Source: Lama guanicoe (taxonomy: Eukaryota). From it: a stretch of 64,000 bases of DNA. A program made the position numbers and the translations under genes. Shown one piece after another: positions 53,724 through 64,000 of this stretch. Numbering within the stretch: the first letter of the stretch is position 1; each line of letters starts with the position of its first letter. The notes below the pieces were generated by a model. It made no database searches, had not been told where the DNA came from, and worked only from the letters and a program-made list of their open reading frames with translations. Where the stretch lies: positions 24,616,433 through 24,680,432 of the forward strand of contig MU054187.1 of the NCBI GenBank assembly GCA_013239625.1, given 5' to 3'.

Positions 53724-54415
53724 TGAGATAGGAGGGAAGGGGGCAGGGCACAGCCATTCAAGGAATGACAGCAATTAGCACCAAGATGGCGGGAGATTCA
53801 ACTCCCAGGAGGCCTTGAGGAGGATCAAGATGGCAGGAGGTTTGACTTCTAGTAGACCTTGAGCTTTATTATATGCTCATTATAGAGCATATAATATATC
53901 TACTAGATATATTATATCTAGTAGACCTTGATAAGTAACATGCCCACAGGGGCCATGACAGTCCCAAGGCTAGCCATAAAAGGCCAAAAAGTGGGCAGTG
54001 GCCCAATTCCTGGGAATCCCAACCCCTTCCCCAGGGGAGCTGGAATAGTCCTCCCACTTTTAGGCATGAACCTACTGACCCACAAAGGCTGGCAACACCA
54101 CACCTCATGGCTGCTTCTCTCACTCCCTCCTCTTTGGGGACGGCCCACACTCTGTCTGTGGAATGTGTACCTACTTTATTTTAACCTGATCACCCAACCC
54201 CCACACCTCGTGGCCTTTCTCTTGCCTTCTGAAACAGCCTAAACTCTATGCAGTATGTATCTCTCTAAATAAATCTACTTTACTCAACTGTGGCTCGCTC
54301 TTGTACTCTTTCCTGTGTGAAGCCAAGGACCACACCTGGCAGGGCACATCCCAGGGGCTCAACCAAGACATGGGACACGGCCCTTCTCATGCCCCACATC
54401 CGTTTTCCTGCATCA
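53724..54415 (+). mobile_element. ERV1 solo LTR, family C
   Basis: tgagatagg...ctgcatca termini; AATAAA near 54268; reverse complement of 48455-49088. Confidence 0.9.
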
Positions 54416-55074
54416 CAGTGATTAAGAAAAGATTTTTAAGCTTTAATATTACACTAAGGTAAAAGTACGTTAGGAGCGTGGAGTGGAAATCCAAATCCAA
54501 AGAGACAAAATAATTACATAGTATTTAAGACTATTAAAGGGGAACTTGTTCCTCCCTATTAAAAACACACACACACATTTTATTATGGAAAGTTTCAAAC
54601 ATACCCCAAAATAGAGAAAATGATACAGTGAACACCCATCACTCGGCTTCAACAATTACTAACATTTTTCCAACCTTATTTTATTTAGCCCCTACTTCTT
54701 TGAGGCAAATTTCAGACATGGTATCATTTCACAGTAAATCATAAAGTTGTAAAGTGAGTGATGGTAGATACCAATTTAATATTATACCTGTAGTTAAAGA
54801 CATGAGAAAAGAGTAGTATGAAAGCTGTGTTTTTAAATGTCAACATTTACCATACAGCAGAAATCACTGTATTTTTATATTCTAAGATAGACATTTCAGC
54901 ATATCTGAAATTGGGATAAAAACCATTAATTTGACTTTTTTTCTTTTTAAAATGGTTTTGCTCTAAAAAATCACTACTTTTAAAATATGCATTTTATTCT
55001 GGACATAGTAAAACATATAGATTCTGACTAAAGAGGAATACAGTATCTTGCAACTAAAGATGCTTTGTGGCATC

Positions 55075-55393
55075 ATTATAGATCTGTCATCCTTTCTTTT
55101 CAGTCCTAAAATGCAAAGGTTCTGAAAATAAATGTCTTTTTCATAATTTTGGAGTAATCCTTGGGCGGTAAAACCTGTCTGAAATGATGTAAGATTATTT
55201 ATGGTCTTTATTCCACTTCATGTGAATATCCATGTATTTTGCTGTGAACATATTAATATGTTTGATTACAGGGTGTTGCCTCAAACCCTGATGAGATTAT
55301 CATGTTTCATGATAAAAGGCATATGCTTTTAAAAAACAAAAGTCTGAAACACCTTTGACCCCAAGAGTTTCAGATGTGGGGTTGTGGACCTGT
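55075..55393. mobile_element. TcMar-Tigger-type fossil (MER46C-like)
   Basis: 'tgtttgattacagggtgttgcc', end 'tttcagatgtggggttgtggacctgta'. Confidence 0.6.
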
Positions 55394-57804
55394 ATGATAT
55401 TTTTTATTTGATTTAGCCACAGAAAATTTACATACCATATTTTTAATTCATTTATTGCATAGCTTACTTTGCAGTTGGTGGTCTCTCTCTGTTGAGTTAA
55501 TAAAATGAAATACACTATAAAGCAAATAAACACAACAAATTCACATGGCTGAGGACCAAAGAGGCAGAGAGAGCTGATTATAATTTAAGTACCAGGAACT
55601 TTAAATAGAACTCAGCTAACACATGACAAGATTTTTCTTTTGAAATTAAGCTAGTTTTCTCCAAAACAGGATCAAATGCTAAAAGCTTGCATATATTATC
55701 AGAGCCATTTATGTCTGGAAATGACAACTTATTGATGAAATAACTACACACTAGGAATTTAATCATTTGACTTACTCTCCAAACTCTCTCTAATTTCATA
55801 TCCCTTATGCTCCCCAAGCTCCCCAGCCTCTGCCCCAGCTAGTATAAATGGGATGTTTACAGCTCAAGTAAAAAATGAAACATTTTGTCTTTTAGGAAAA
55901 AAAAAAAATAAAGGACCACTTCTACAAAGAATTTTCCAAAATAGAAACAATATATCTTCCTGATGTTTTGACTGTTGCAAATGTTCTATTTACACTATTC
56001 AAACAAGTTCCAATTGCCCAGTGTAATCTCTAGCAGTCCACAAGAACCAACACCAAAGGGAACGTCAAATGTCAAAGTCATAGCAGTAAGGATGTGAGTA
56101 ACAGAATTATTTATGATTTAAAAATTAGTATGACACTAAAAATAACAAAAATTAAAGAATAATTATTTAAAATATTCGGTTTATGTTTTCTCTCAGACGT
56201 TTAAAAATCAACTGTAGGCCTTAATAAAAACTACATTAAAATTAAAAAAAAAACTATGTAAATTATAGAGTTTCATTTACCAAGCTACCTAAAATTTAGA
56301 CAATCTCACCATCAGAATGTTAATCAAAACTTTTAAGTGAAAGAGAATGAAATGAAAAATGTAAACCTACAAGGTTTTGTCTTTTCCCTTGGCCAGCAGG
56401 AAATTTGATTGTTGTTTTATTACAATTAATTTCCTCTCTGAAAAGTTCTGCACGAACTGAAAAGGCACAGGAAGAAGGAAAGATATTTTTTCCCTCTTTT
56501 TCTCTCACCTAATATTCTGGTTTAAACTTATTCTTTAATTTTTGTTTATTTCTAGTGTTATGCCAATTGTTAAACAATTTTGAAGTGTTTTTTCCCTCAT
56601 GATTCGCATACTTACTGTTGTGATTTAGCTTTTACTGGGGTGGGTTAACTGTTGTCAAGCACAGGAAATGTTACCTCTAGCCTGCCTCCTGCCCTACTCC
56701 ACACCTCGCCCAACCTCACAGCTGAGTAATCTCTCCCCCACACTCAGCCCTAACCTGAAGCAGCGCAGAGCAACGTAAAAGAATGGTCCCCAGCAGCCAG
56801 GAGCGCCAGGGCAGATGCAGTAGCAGCCACTGATTTAAAAAGAATTGGGGGGAGGAGAGAGAGGAATAGTACCAAACAAAAGTATGAGGCATAAACCAAC
56901 TGGTCTTCTGAGTCTTGTGGCACCACCAGTCACCTTTCTTTCAGTCCCAGCTTCAGTGGACCCAGGCGGTAAGGGAAATCCAGCCCAGGGCTCAGCTCCC
57001 CGGGCTTGTCCGAAAACACAGGAGCACTGGGCTCTAGGCAAAGACAGTCAGCACTAGGAGTTCTGTCCACACTAACAGGAAGCACTGACTATCTTTAGCG
57101 TTATCTTTAAAGGCAGGTCTCACAACTGCTAGAGCTTTATGCGTAAAAGCAATGAAAACCAATACCCCGTAGTGTTAGTTATATATTCATATATGTCATC
57201 TCATTTCTCACTTTCAACAACTTTCTGAGGCAGGTGAATCAAGGAAAAGAGAGTAGAGAAACTGAGAAATACAGTGACTTGTCCAAGCATGCGTACCTGG
57301 GTGGGACTGGCATTGATGTTCTCAGACAATAGTGGTTGAGAGCGTGGATTGGGGATCCAGATTTCAGAGGTTGAAATCGTGACTTCACCATATCTGAGCC
57401 GTGTGATCTTGAGTAAATGACTTAACCTCCCTGTGCCACACCTGAGGATTTTCACAAGGCTGTATTAGAGATTAAATATGCTGATCTATGTGAAGCACTC
57501 TGGGACAGCAATCAGGTCTAAGTCTGCTCCTATTTGCTCCCCATGTTAATAGCATTTTCTAATTTCCAGATTTATGTTTAAGTAAACAGAAAAGTCAACA
57601 TTTTTGCTTCTAGTTGACACTGCTTATCTAACCTTTAAGCTAACAGCCAGTAACATTCTAAAATAGGGGAATAATCTGGGAGAAGCCACTATCCTAGGAA
57701 GGCACTAAACGTAGAGGGTAAAAAAGGTAATCACTCACCAATGATAACCTGTCCGAGGCCAAAGAGCCACCTGCTCTCAGAATGTAAATGAGCAGCCTAG
57801 TGAC

Positions 57805-57810
57805 TTTATA
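57805..57810 (-). promoter_or_regulatory. Candidate TATA box upstream of a short GT-donor-terminated exon
   Basis: Minus-strand TATAAA, Inr-like CATT about 27 nt downstream, then TTG|gtgagt donor at 57739/57738. Confidence 0.3.
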
Positions 57811-58681
57811 AGCTGTTTAGATCACACCTGCCCAGTCCCCTTAAGAAGTTATCTACTCGCCCTTTTTAAGCTATTTTTTGCACTCTCCTCCATTGTCTGG
57901 ATGTAAGTCAAGAATTAGGTCCTCCTCTGCTTGATTTATATCCAATGGCTGATATGCAAAGATGATTTATTATAATGTAATTAGAAATAAAATATATTTT
58001 ATAATGAAAAAATGTTTTCCTTCGTGTTGTTATGAGGCTTAAATGGATTAATATATATAATGCTCTTAGAAGTGCCAAGTATTCTATAAGTATTAATTAC
58101 TGTGTCCCTTAGAATCATGCCAGTCGCTCACTCTGCATCCTTGCTTACAACTGTTTTTGACAAATTAACATGATATCCAAGGGATCAGAAGCATCTAAAG
58201 ATGCAGTTTCATTGGTCTCGTTCCCAAACTGTCCCAGGTCTCACTGAAGGCTCATCCTAGGGAGACGTCTTGCAGAGAACTTTAGATCTTCAGTCTCTGA
58301 GCCTGGGTGTAGGCCATTTGAGTTATTTGGAGATGCCTATGTGTTCTTGGTATAAACCTTGTTCCAGAGGTGCAGGCTTTCTCTGGATTCTGTGAGGAGT
58401 GAGGAGACTCATGCCGTGGGCTCTGGAACAGAGTGCTCTGATCCTCCTTCCTCATCCCCCTGCCCTCCCACCTAGCACTCCACATTCCCATTTCTAAGTT
58501 TTCAGTTGGATTGCTTTGTTTCTGACCTAACTTAACTAGCCATTAAGATCTGTCTTATTTGCATTATTATCAGGCTGATTTTTCCAAAAATACAAGGGAA
58601 ATATAATTCTTAAAGTCTTGCCTTTTCAATTTTTTTCCAGATGGTGTTTCTGTGTCTACATTTTCAAATCAAATTAGTTTT

Positions 58682-59013
58682 TTTCTTAAAAAGAAGACAA
58701 ATGAACTTAAATATAAAACAGAAACAGATTCACAGACATTGAATACAGACTTGTGGTTGCCAGGGGGAGGCCGGTGGGAAGGGACAGACTGGGAGTTCAA
58801 GATTTGTAGATACTGACAGGTATATATAGAATAGATAAACAAGACTATACTGTATACCACAGGGAAATATATACAAGATCTTGTGGTAGCTCATGGTGAA
58901 AAAGAATATGAAAATGAATATATGTGTATTCATGTATGACTGAAGCATTGTGCTGAACACCAGAGATGGACACAACATTGTAAACTGACTATAACTCAAT
59001 AAAAAAAAATTAA
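58682..59013 (+). mobile_element. Young L1 3' end (camelid-type)
   Basis: Ends 'aaactgactataactcaataaaaaaaa'; TSD aaa(t/c)tagtttt at 58671-58681 and 59014-59024. Confidence 0.9.
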
Positions 59014-60709
59014 AAACTAGTTTTAACATTCTCTGCAGAAAGTAGCATGTTGCATCTTCAAGTTCTTTAATTGTTTAATTCCAGACAACGAACTTGTTTT
59101 TTCTAGTAAGGAATTATTTACCTTAAATGAACTCTTAATGCAGTGACCAGCCTGATTTTTAATATAATCTGTGAACATGTGGCATCCACTAGAACACAAA
59201 AAGATTTGTTTTTCCCTCTTTCTTTGGAAGAATTCTTTGTCAGACCGTGGCCATATTTGGAGAGGAGGAAGAAGACTGTCATAGAGAGGCCCATGATGAG
59301 CCAGCTGTCTGCAGACAATTGGATTTGATACAAAAAGACCTTGACTCTCTGAAGCGACCCACCTTTACACTGCACTAGGGGATAAAAAAACACATAAAAA
59401 TGTTTGGAGTGGAATTTACCTGATTTAGATATTTAAGTCAGTAAGTCTCATGTTTATGTCTAAATGCTTATCAGGAGGGAATATGGTTATGCAGGTTAAC
59501 AGAAAATATAGGATATACTACTAGGAAACTATTAAAGTCATATTTTTAAAGAATATTTAATGAAAGCAAGATTTTAAGAGAGTGTTCATCTATGTATGTA
59601 TAATTTTATTATGTATTAATATGAGTACATGTATGTATATTATAGAACAAAATACACAAAAAATTAACAGTAATTACATTTATTGGCATGATTCTCATTT
59701 TCTTCTTTTTATAGAGAAGTATACCCTTTTTCTTAACTTTCTGTAATGACCAGGTATTATTTTCAAAAAAATTTTATATATTTCAAGTATTTTTTAAAGG
59801 GAGAGGGTTATTAGCTTAAACATGTTTGAAAAGCATTTAAATATAAATGTTTTTAAAATATTCCACTTATCTGAGAAACCCAAAACACCTTGTTCCTAAT
59901 GACTTTTTTCAGAAAAGTAATTACTAAATGCATCTATCTGAAATATCGTTTTCCCTCTTAATATTTGCCCATGTCTTCAGATATTATAAAAAGCATACAT
60001 GTACACATGTATTCATTTTACCTTATGCTTTGTATTGGCTGCTTGGTTGCTGTTTACTCAGATGCAGCAGTCTCCCAGCATAAAAATGTCATGACAGTTA
60101 TCAGTGACCCTGACCATCTTCGCTCCCAAGAATTCCAGAATGTGAGCTCTGTGTCTACAATTTAAACCCTTTCCTTATTTTCAAACAAAGATCAACTTCA
60201 GCTTAGTTTTCCTGAAAGTGACTAATGCTGAATCCTGCTTGCTCTTCACTAATACTGTTTTGAAGGAGGTGGCAGGGATTAAAATGAACAGCTTTTACAA
60301 TGACAGTACTTAAAATATCTCACTACCTTTTATTTCACACTGTGTCCCTGCTTTCTATGGTACTGAGTGTCGTGCATTGCCAAGAGACCAGAAAAAGCAT
60401 GCAGTGTGGTGACAGTAATGAAGATACAGAGGCTTAGGCTTGGAAAGAACATTAGAGGCAAGATGGTTGAATTTTCATCCAACAGATTCCCTCCTGCCAC
60501 ATGCTAAGTGCTGTCTAGGCTCTACATTAATCCTTCCTCAGGAGGCAGGCAGCTCAGTCCTGCCTGAGGCAGTGCCTTTGAATGCCGACCAATGCTACTT
60601 GCACTCCAATTTTTACTTCTATTACAACTGCTTCTGCTATTACTGTCACTACCACTAATTCTGCTACATTTGCACATAACTTTCATGTATATTATCTCAT
60701 TTAATCTTT

Positions 60710-61267
60710 TTTCTTTATTTTGTTGCGTTATAGTCAGTTTACAATGTGTCAATTTCTGGCGTACAGCACAATTTTTCAGTCATACATGAATACACATATA
60801 TTCATTTTCACATTCTTTTTCACCATGAGCTACCACAAGATCTTGTATATATTTCCCTGTGTTATACAGTATAAACTTGTCTATCTATTCTATATATACC
60901 TGTCAGTATCTACCAATTTCGAGCTCCCAGTCTGTCCCTTCCCACCCCTCTTCCCACTGGCAACCACAAGTTTGCCATCTATGTCTGTGAGTCTGTTTCT
61001 GTTTTATGTTTAAGTTCATTTGTCTTCTTTTTCTTCTTCTTTTTTTTTTTTTAAGATTCCACATGAGTGATATCATATGGTATTTTTCTTTCTCTTTCTG
61101 GCTTACTTCACTTAGAATGACATTCTCCAGGGACATCCATGTTGCTGCAAATGGCATTATGTTATCATTTTTTATGGTTGAATAGTATTCCATTGTGTAA
61201 ATATACCACAACATCTTTATCCAGTCATCTGTCAATGGACATTTAGGCTGTCTCCATGACTTGGCTA
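60710..61267 (-). mobile_element. Young L1 3' end inserted into a MIR
   Basis: Perfect 17-bp TSD tatctcatttaatcttt (60693-60709, 61268-61284); ORF 60903-61235 is the L1 ORF2 tail (WIKMLWYIYTMEYYS). Confidence 0.93.
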
Positions 61268-61894
61268 TATCTCATTTAATCTTTACAATAATCTTTTGAG
61301 GTAGAGAGACCAAAAATTATTCCCATTTTATAAATGAGGAGACAGCATCTGAGAGTTTAGGTAACTTGTCTGTTACTACACAGTTAGCAAATGCCAGTCC
61401 ATAACTGAGTTAAATTCCTCAGCCTCTTTCTTCTACAATAGTTATGCTGCTTTTTGTTAGAAAGTCTTGTGTTGAACCAAAATTGCTTCTTTGGAACATT
61501 ACCCTACGAATGTAAATGCAAGTCACTCCACCAGCAACCAAGAACTCCATGAATGTTTCAGCTCCAATTTCTTTGACTTTAATATATGCTCTTAGAAGGA
61601 AATTAATTAACCAAATTCTTCAGGAGGTTAAGAAGAAATCAGCAGGATAGTATAATGTACCTTTCTGGATTGGGTTCACCTATTAGGGAGAGAAACCCAA
61701 AACAACCATGGCTTAAGTGATTCTGTCACATGAAATGTGGAGATAAGTCATCCAGGATTGGCAGTATGGCTTCACAAACTACTGTATTACCTTTACTGCA
61801 CCTGGGGATACTGAGAGGAATTAATTGAGTGGACTTTTATAGAGAGATGCTTTCTCTGATTAAGAATTTGTTTTCAGAATCTAAACACACACAT

Positions 61895-62325
61895 AAAAAG
61901 AAGCTCGACACTGCTAATCATTCATGAAAAGCAAATTCAAACCAAAATGAGATGCTACTATATACCACCAGAATATCTGAAATTAAAAAGACTGACAATA
62001 CTCAGTGTTGTTGAGGATACATAGCAGCTGAAATTCTCATACACTGCTGTTGAGGAATCAAAGTAATCTGGCTACTTTTAGAAAACAGGAATTTCTTCTA
62101 AATATGAGGGTCCTCTTACCATATGAGTCAGCAACCCCACTCCTAGGTATTTCCCACAATGAAATGAAAACTTCTACACCAAGACATGAATGAAAATGCT
62201 TATAGCATTTTTCATTTTAAATGTTTATTCATGATAGCTCCAAACTGGAAATAACTCCAATGTCCATCAATTGGTAAATAAGTTGTGGTAGTTCATATAA
62301 TGGAATACTACGCAGTCATAAAAGG
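61895..62325 (+). mobile_element. Old L1 (L1ME-like) ORF2 3' fragment
   Basis: 'aattaaaaagactgacaatactcagtgttg', 'cagcaaccccactcctaggtat', 'atggaatactacgcagtcataaaa'. Confidence 0.8.
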
Positions 62326-64000
62326 GGGCATTCCAGAAAGAGAAGAAAGCTGGCACAAAGGCTCAAGACAAGAAAAAGCTTGATGTATTCTTATAGCTAC
62401 TAGGATTTGGAGGCCAGCGGAAGGTTAAGTGTGAGGAGCTAAACAGTAGTTGAAATAAACCACATACCTTGCATGCCATGCTAAAGATTAAGATTTATAT
62501 TTTTGGGAAGGGATAATGTCTACAGTTCAATTTAAGCAGTGTAAGGCACACAGATAGATATTGAGATAAAATAAATAGAAAAAAAATATGTGTTCAACAG
62601 ACCATGGATTGACGTATTGCCAAGGAATCCTAATCTGTGCAGGTCGGCTACGGATTCAAAGACAGAGATGAGAATGGTGGCACTTGTTAGGATTTTCCTG
62701 AGTGTGTGATTTAAATACGTAGGATAGGTGAGGTCCATAAATGTGTTTCTATGTCATTTCCTTGTGCTTGCATTAGATGTAAAGTTTCTCTTTCAATGTT
62801 CAGGTTAACACATTATTAAAGTCAGAGAAGTAGTTACTGTGTTGATACAAACCAAAATATGATACTTTTCAAGTAATCAAAAGACTATTTATAGAGGGAA
62901 AAAGAACATAATATTTCCTTCTGTCATTAAAGTAAATAAAGTTTTAAGTAAATAAAGTTTAGACTTAAAAAACACTCCAGGTTTTGGCTCTAAAATATAC
63001 CTTCAAAAGATGAAACCAAGAAGTTAGCATATCAATAAATTACACAGGGTTTACAGGTCACTCCTCCATGTAAGAAAATAAAAAGCTTTGTCAAACAAAG
63101 TCCATCAGGAGGGGCTGGCAGTTAGGAGTGCCCGGATGGAAATACAGTATTGGAGGAAAAGCTGCATTGTGGTCATGAGGGAAAAGTCGGAACTAAAGAC
63201 ATGAAAGAGATAGAGGAGGCAGTTGCTGGAGTTGGAATAAAGCCAGATTACATTAATGGACACTTATTGGCAGCTGCTACCTTTGACCAGGTTTCTCCTT
63301 GACAGTCCTGAGTGCTCTGCCTCGACGTATACAGTCTTAAAGGGATAACCAGGAAAGGACATATGTCTAAGGGGATGCACAACAAGTAGGGAACTGAAGT
63401 GTAGGTGTAACACGATGGGTCAGCTCCAGCAGGTTGTAACGTCTTCTCCAAGAGCTCATGACCCACTTGGCTTCCTTGAGTTTCTTTCTGGCCGTGTCAT
63501 GTATAGCTACACTCAGCACATGTGTGAACTCTACTGATGTGTTCAGCTCTACCACCTTGTGCCCCCATCCGGTAAGCTGGCTTCTATTGCAAGCCAAAAT
63601 CCTAATGCCCATTTAGAATTAATTCAGATTGAAAAGCAGGCCTGCTTTGTCCCATGTCATTTTCTGTTAGTTTTGGTTTTTTTTTTTTTTTGGTACTTCA
63701 GTCTATTCAGAACTTTCTTAGCTTTTGTTAGGTCCTAGTCTCATTGAATGACTCTGAGTAATGAGTAATTAGTATAAATTCTACTGCCAAAGTAGTTTTA
63801 CTGGCCATAATTGGATGCCAAATAAATGTGATTATAATGGTAAGGAAATAGCTAACAAAGTCAACTGGAACTCACAAGAAGCAGTGAAACAATGAGAGAT
63901 TAGGAAGACTTGTATATATTAAAGAAATTAATAAATTTTAGGTTAACATATCAGAACAAGTTAATACTAGAAGGACCTCTTCCTCCAGACACAAAACACA

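Larger units (their letters stand above)
23601..62727 (+). pseudogene. Putative decayed multi-exon gene, possibly RGS-domain (RGS22/RGSL1-like); speculative
   Basis: Collinear AG/GT-bounded non-repeat segments (23601-23780, 24062-24148, 26559-26661, 47741-47784, 49980-50176, 55896-56093, 59231-59440, 60062-60141, 62601-62727) with RGS-like motifs but in-frame stops and frameshifts; no database check. Confidence 0.3.

Noticed and set aside
59121..59187. Minus-strand 67-nt AG/GT-bounded segment; a similar 45-nt one at 32116-32160
   Set aside because: Splice-like signals without recognisable homology or linked partners; such pseudo-exons are common
60592..60789. Poly-Leu signal-peptide-like ORF
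   Set aside because: Degenerate CTN trinucleotide tract at a MIR edge running into an L1
63057..63300. Protein-like + strand frame (VTPPCKK...AATFDQ) as another exon
   Set aside because: Poor acceptor, internal TAG and no recognisable motif; too weak to include
1..64000. CRISPR arrays, prokaryotic operons, tRNA or rRNA genes
   Set aside because: The sequence is mammalian; no regularly spaced repeat-spacer array or structural RNA gene was seen

Overview
AT-rich, repeat-dense mammalian (eutherian) genomic DNA. The young L1 3' ends resemble camelid (camel/alpaca-type) L1s; this is recalled from memory, not searched. No intact protein-coding gene, tRNA, rRNA or CRISPR array is recognisable, and most ORFs in the track are L1/LTR fragments or chance frames. 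The window holds L1 insertions with clear target-site duplications (TSDs), about 14 ERV1-type LTRs from several families, a rearranged two-orientation provirus at 14.3-17.9 kb, and old MaLR, L2, CR1, MIR and DNA-transposon fossils. It also has a strong CTCF motif in a CpG-enriched patch. The most interesting signals are: (1) a chain of splice-site-bounded, stop- and frameshift-damaged + strand segments (about 23.6-62.7 kb) with motifs reminiscent of RGS domains, possibly a decayed RGS22/RGSL1-like gene (speculative); (2) an L1 lineage carrying a ~290-nt non-canonical 3' tail, inserted twice as an inverted pair around two of those candidate exons; (3) a TSD-bounded L1 3' transduction; (4) a candidate TATA-driven antisense spliced transcript ending in a 307-codon frame with a single internal stop. 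Repeat family names come from visual recognition, and boundaries without TSDs are approximate.
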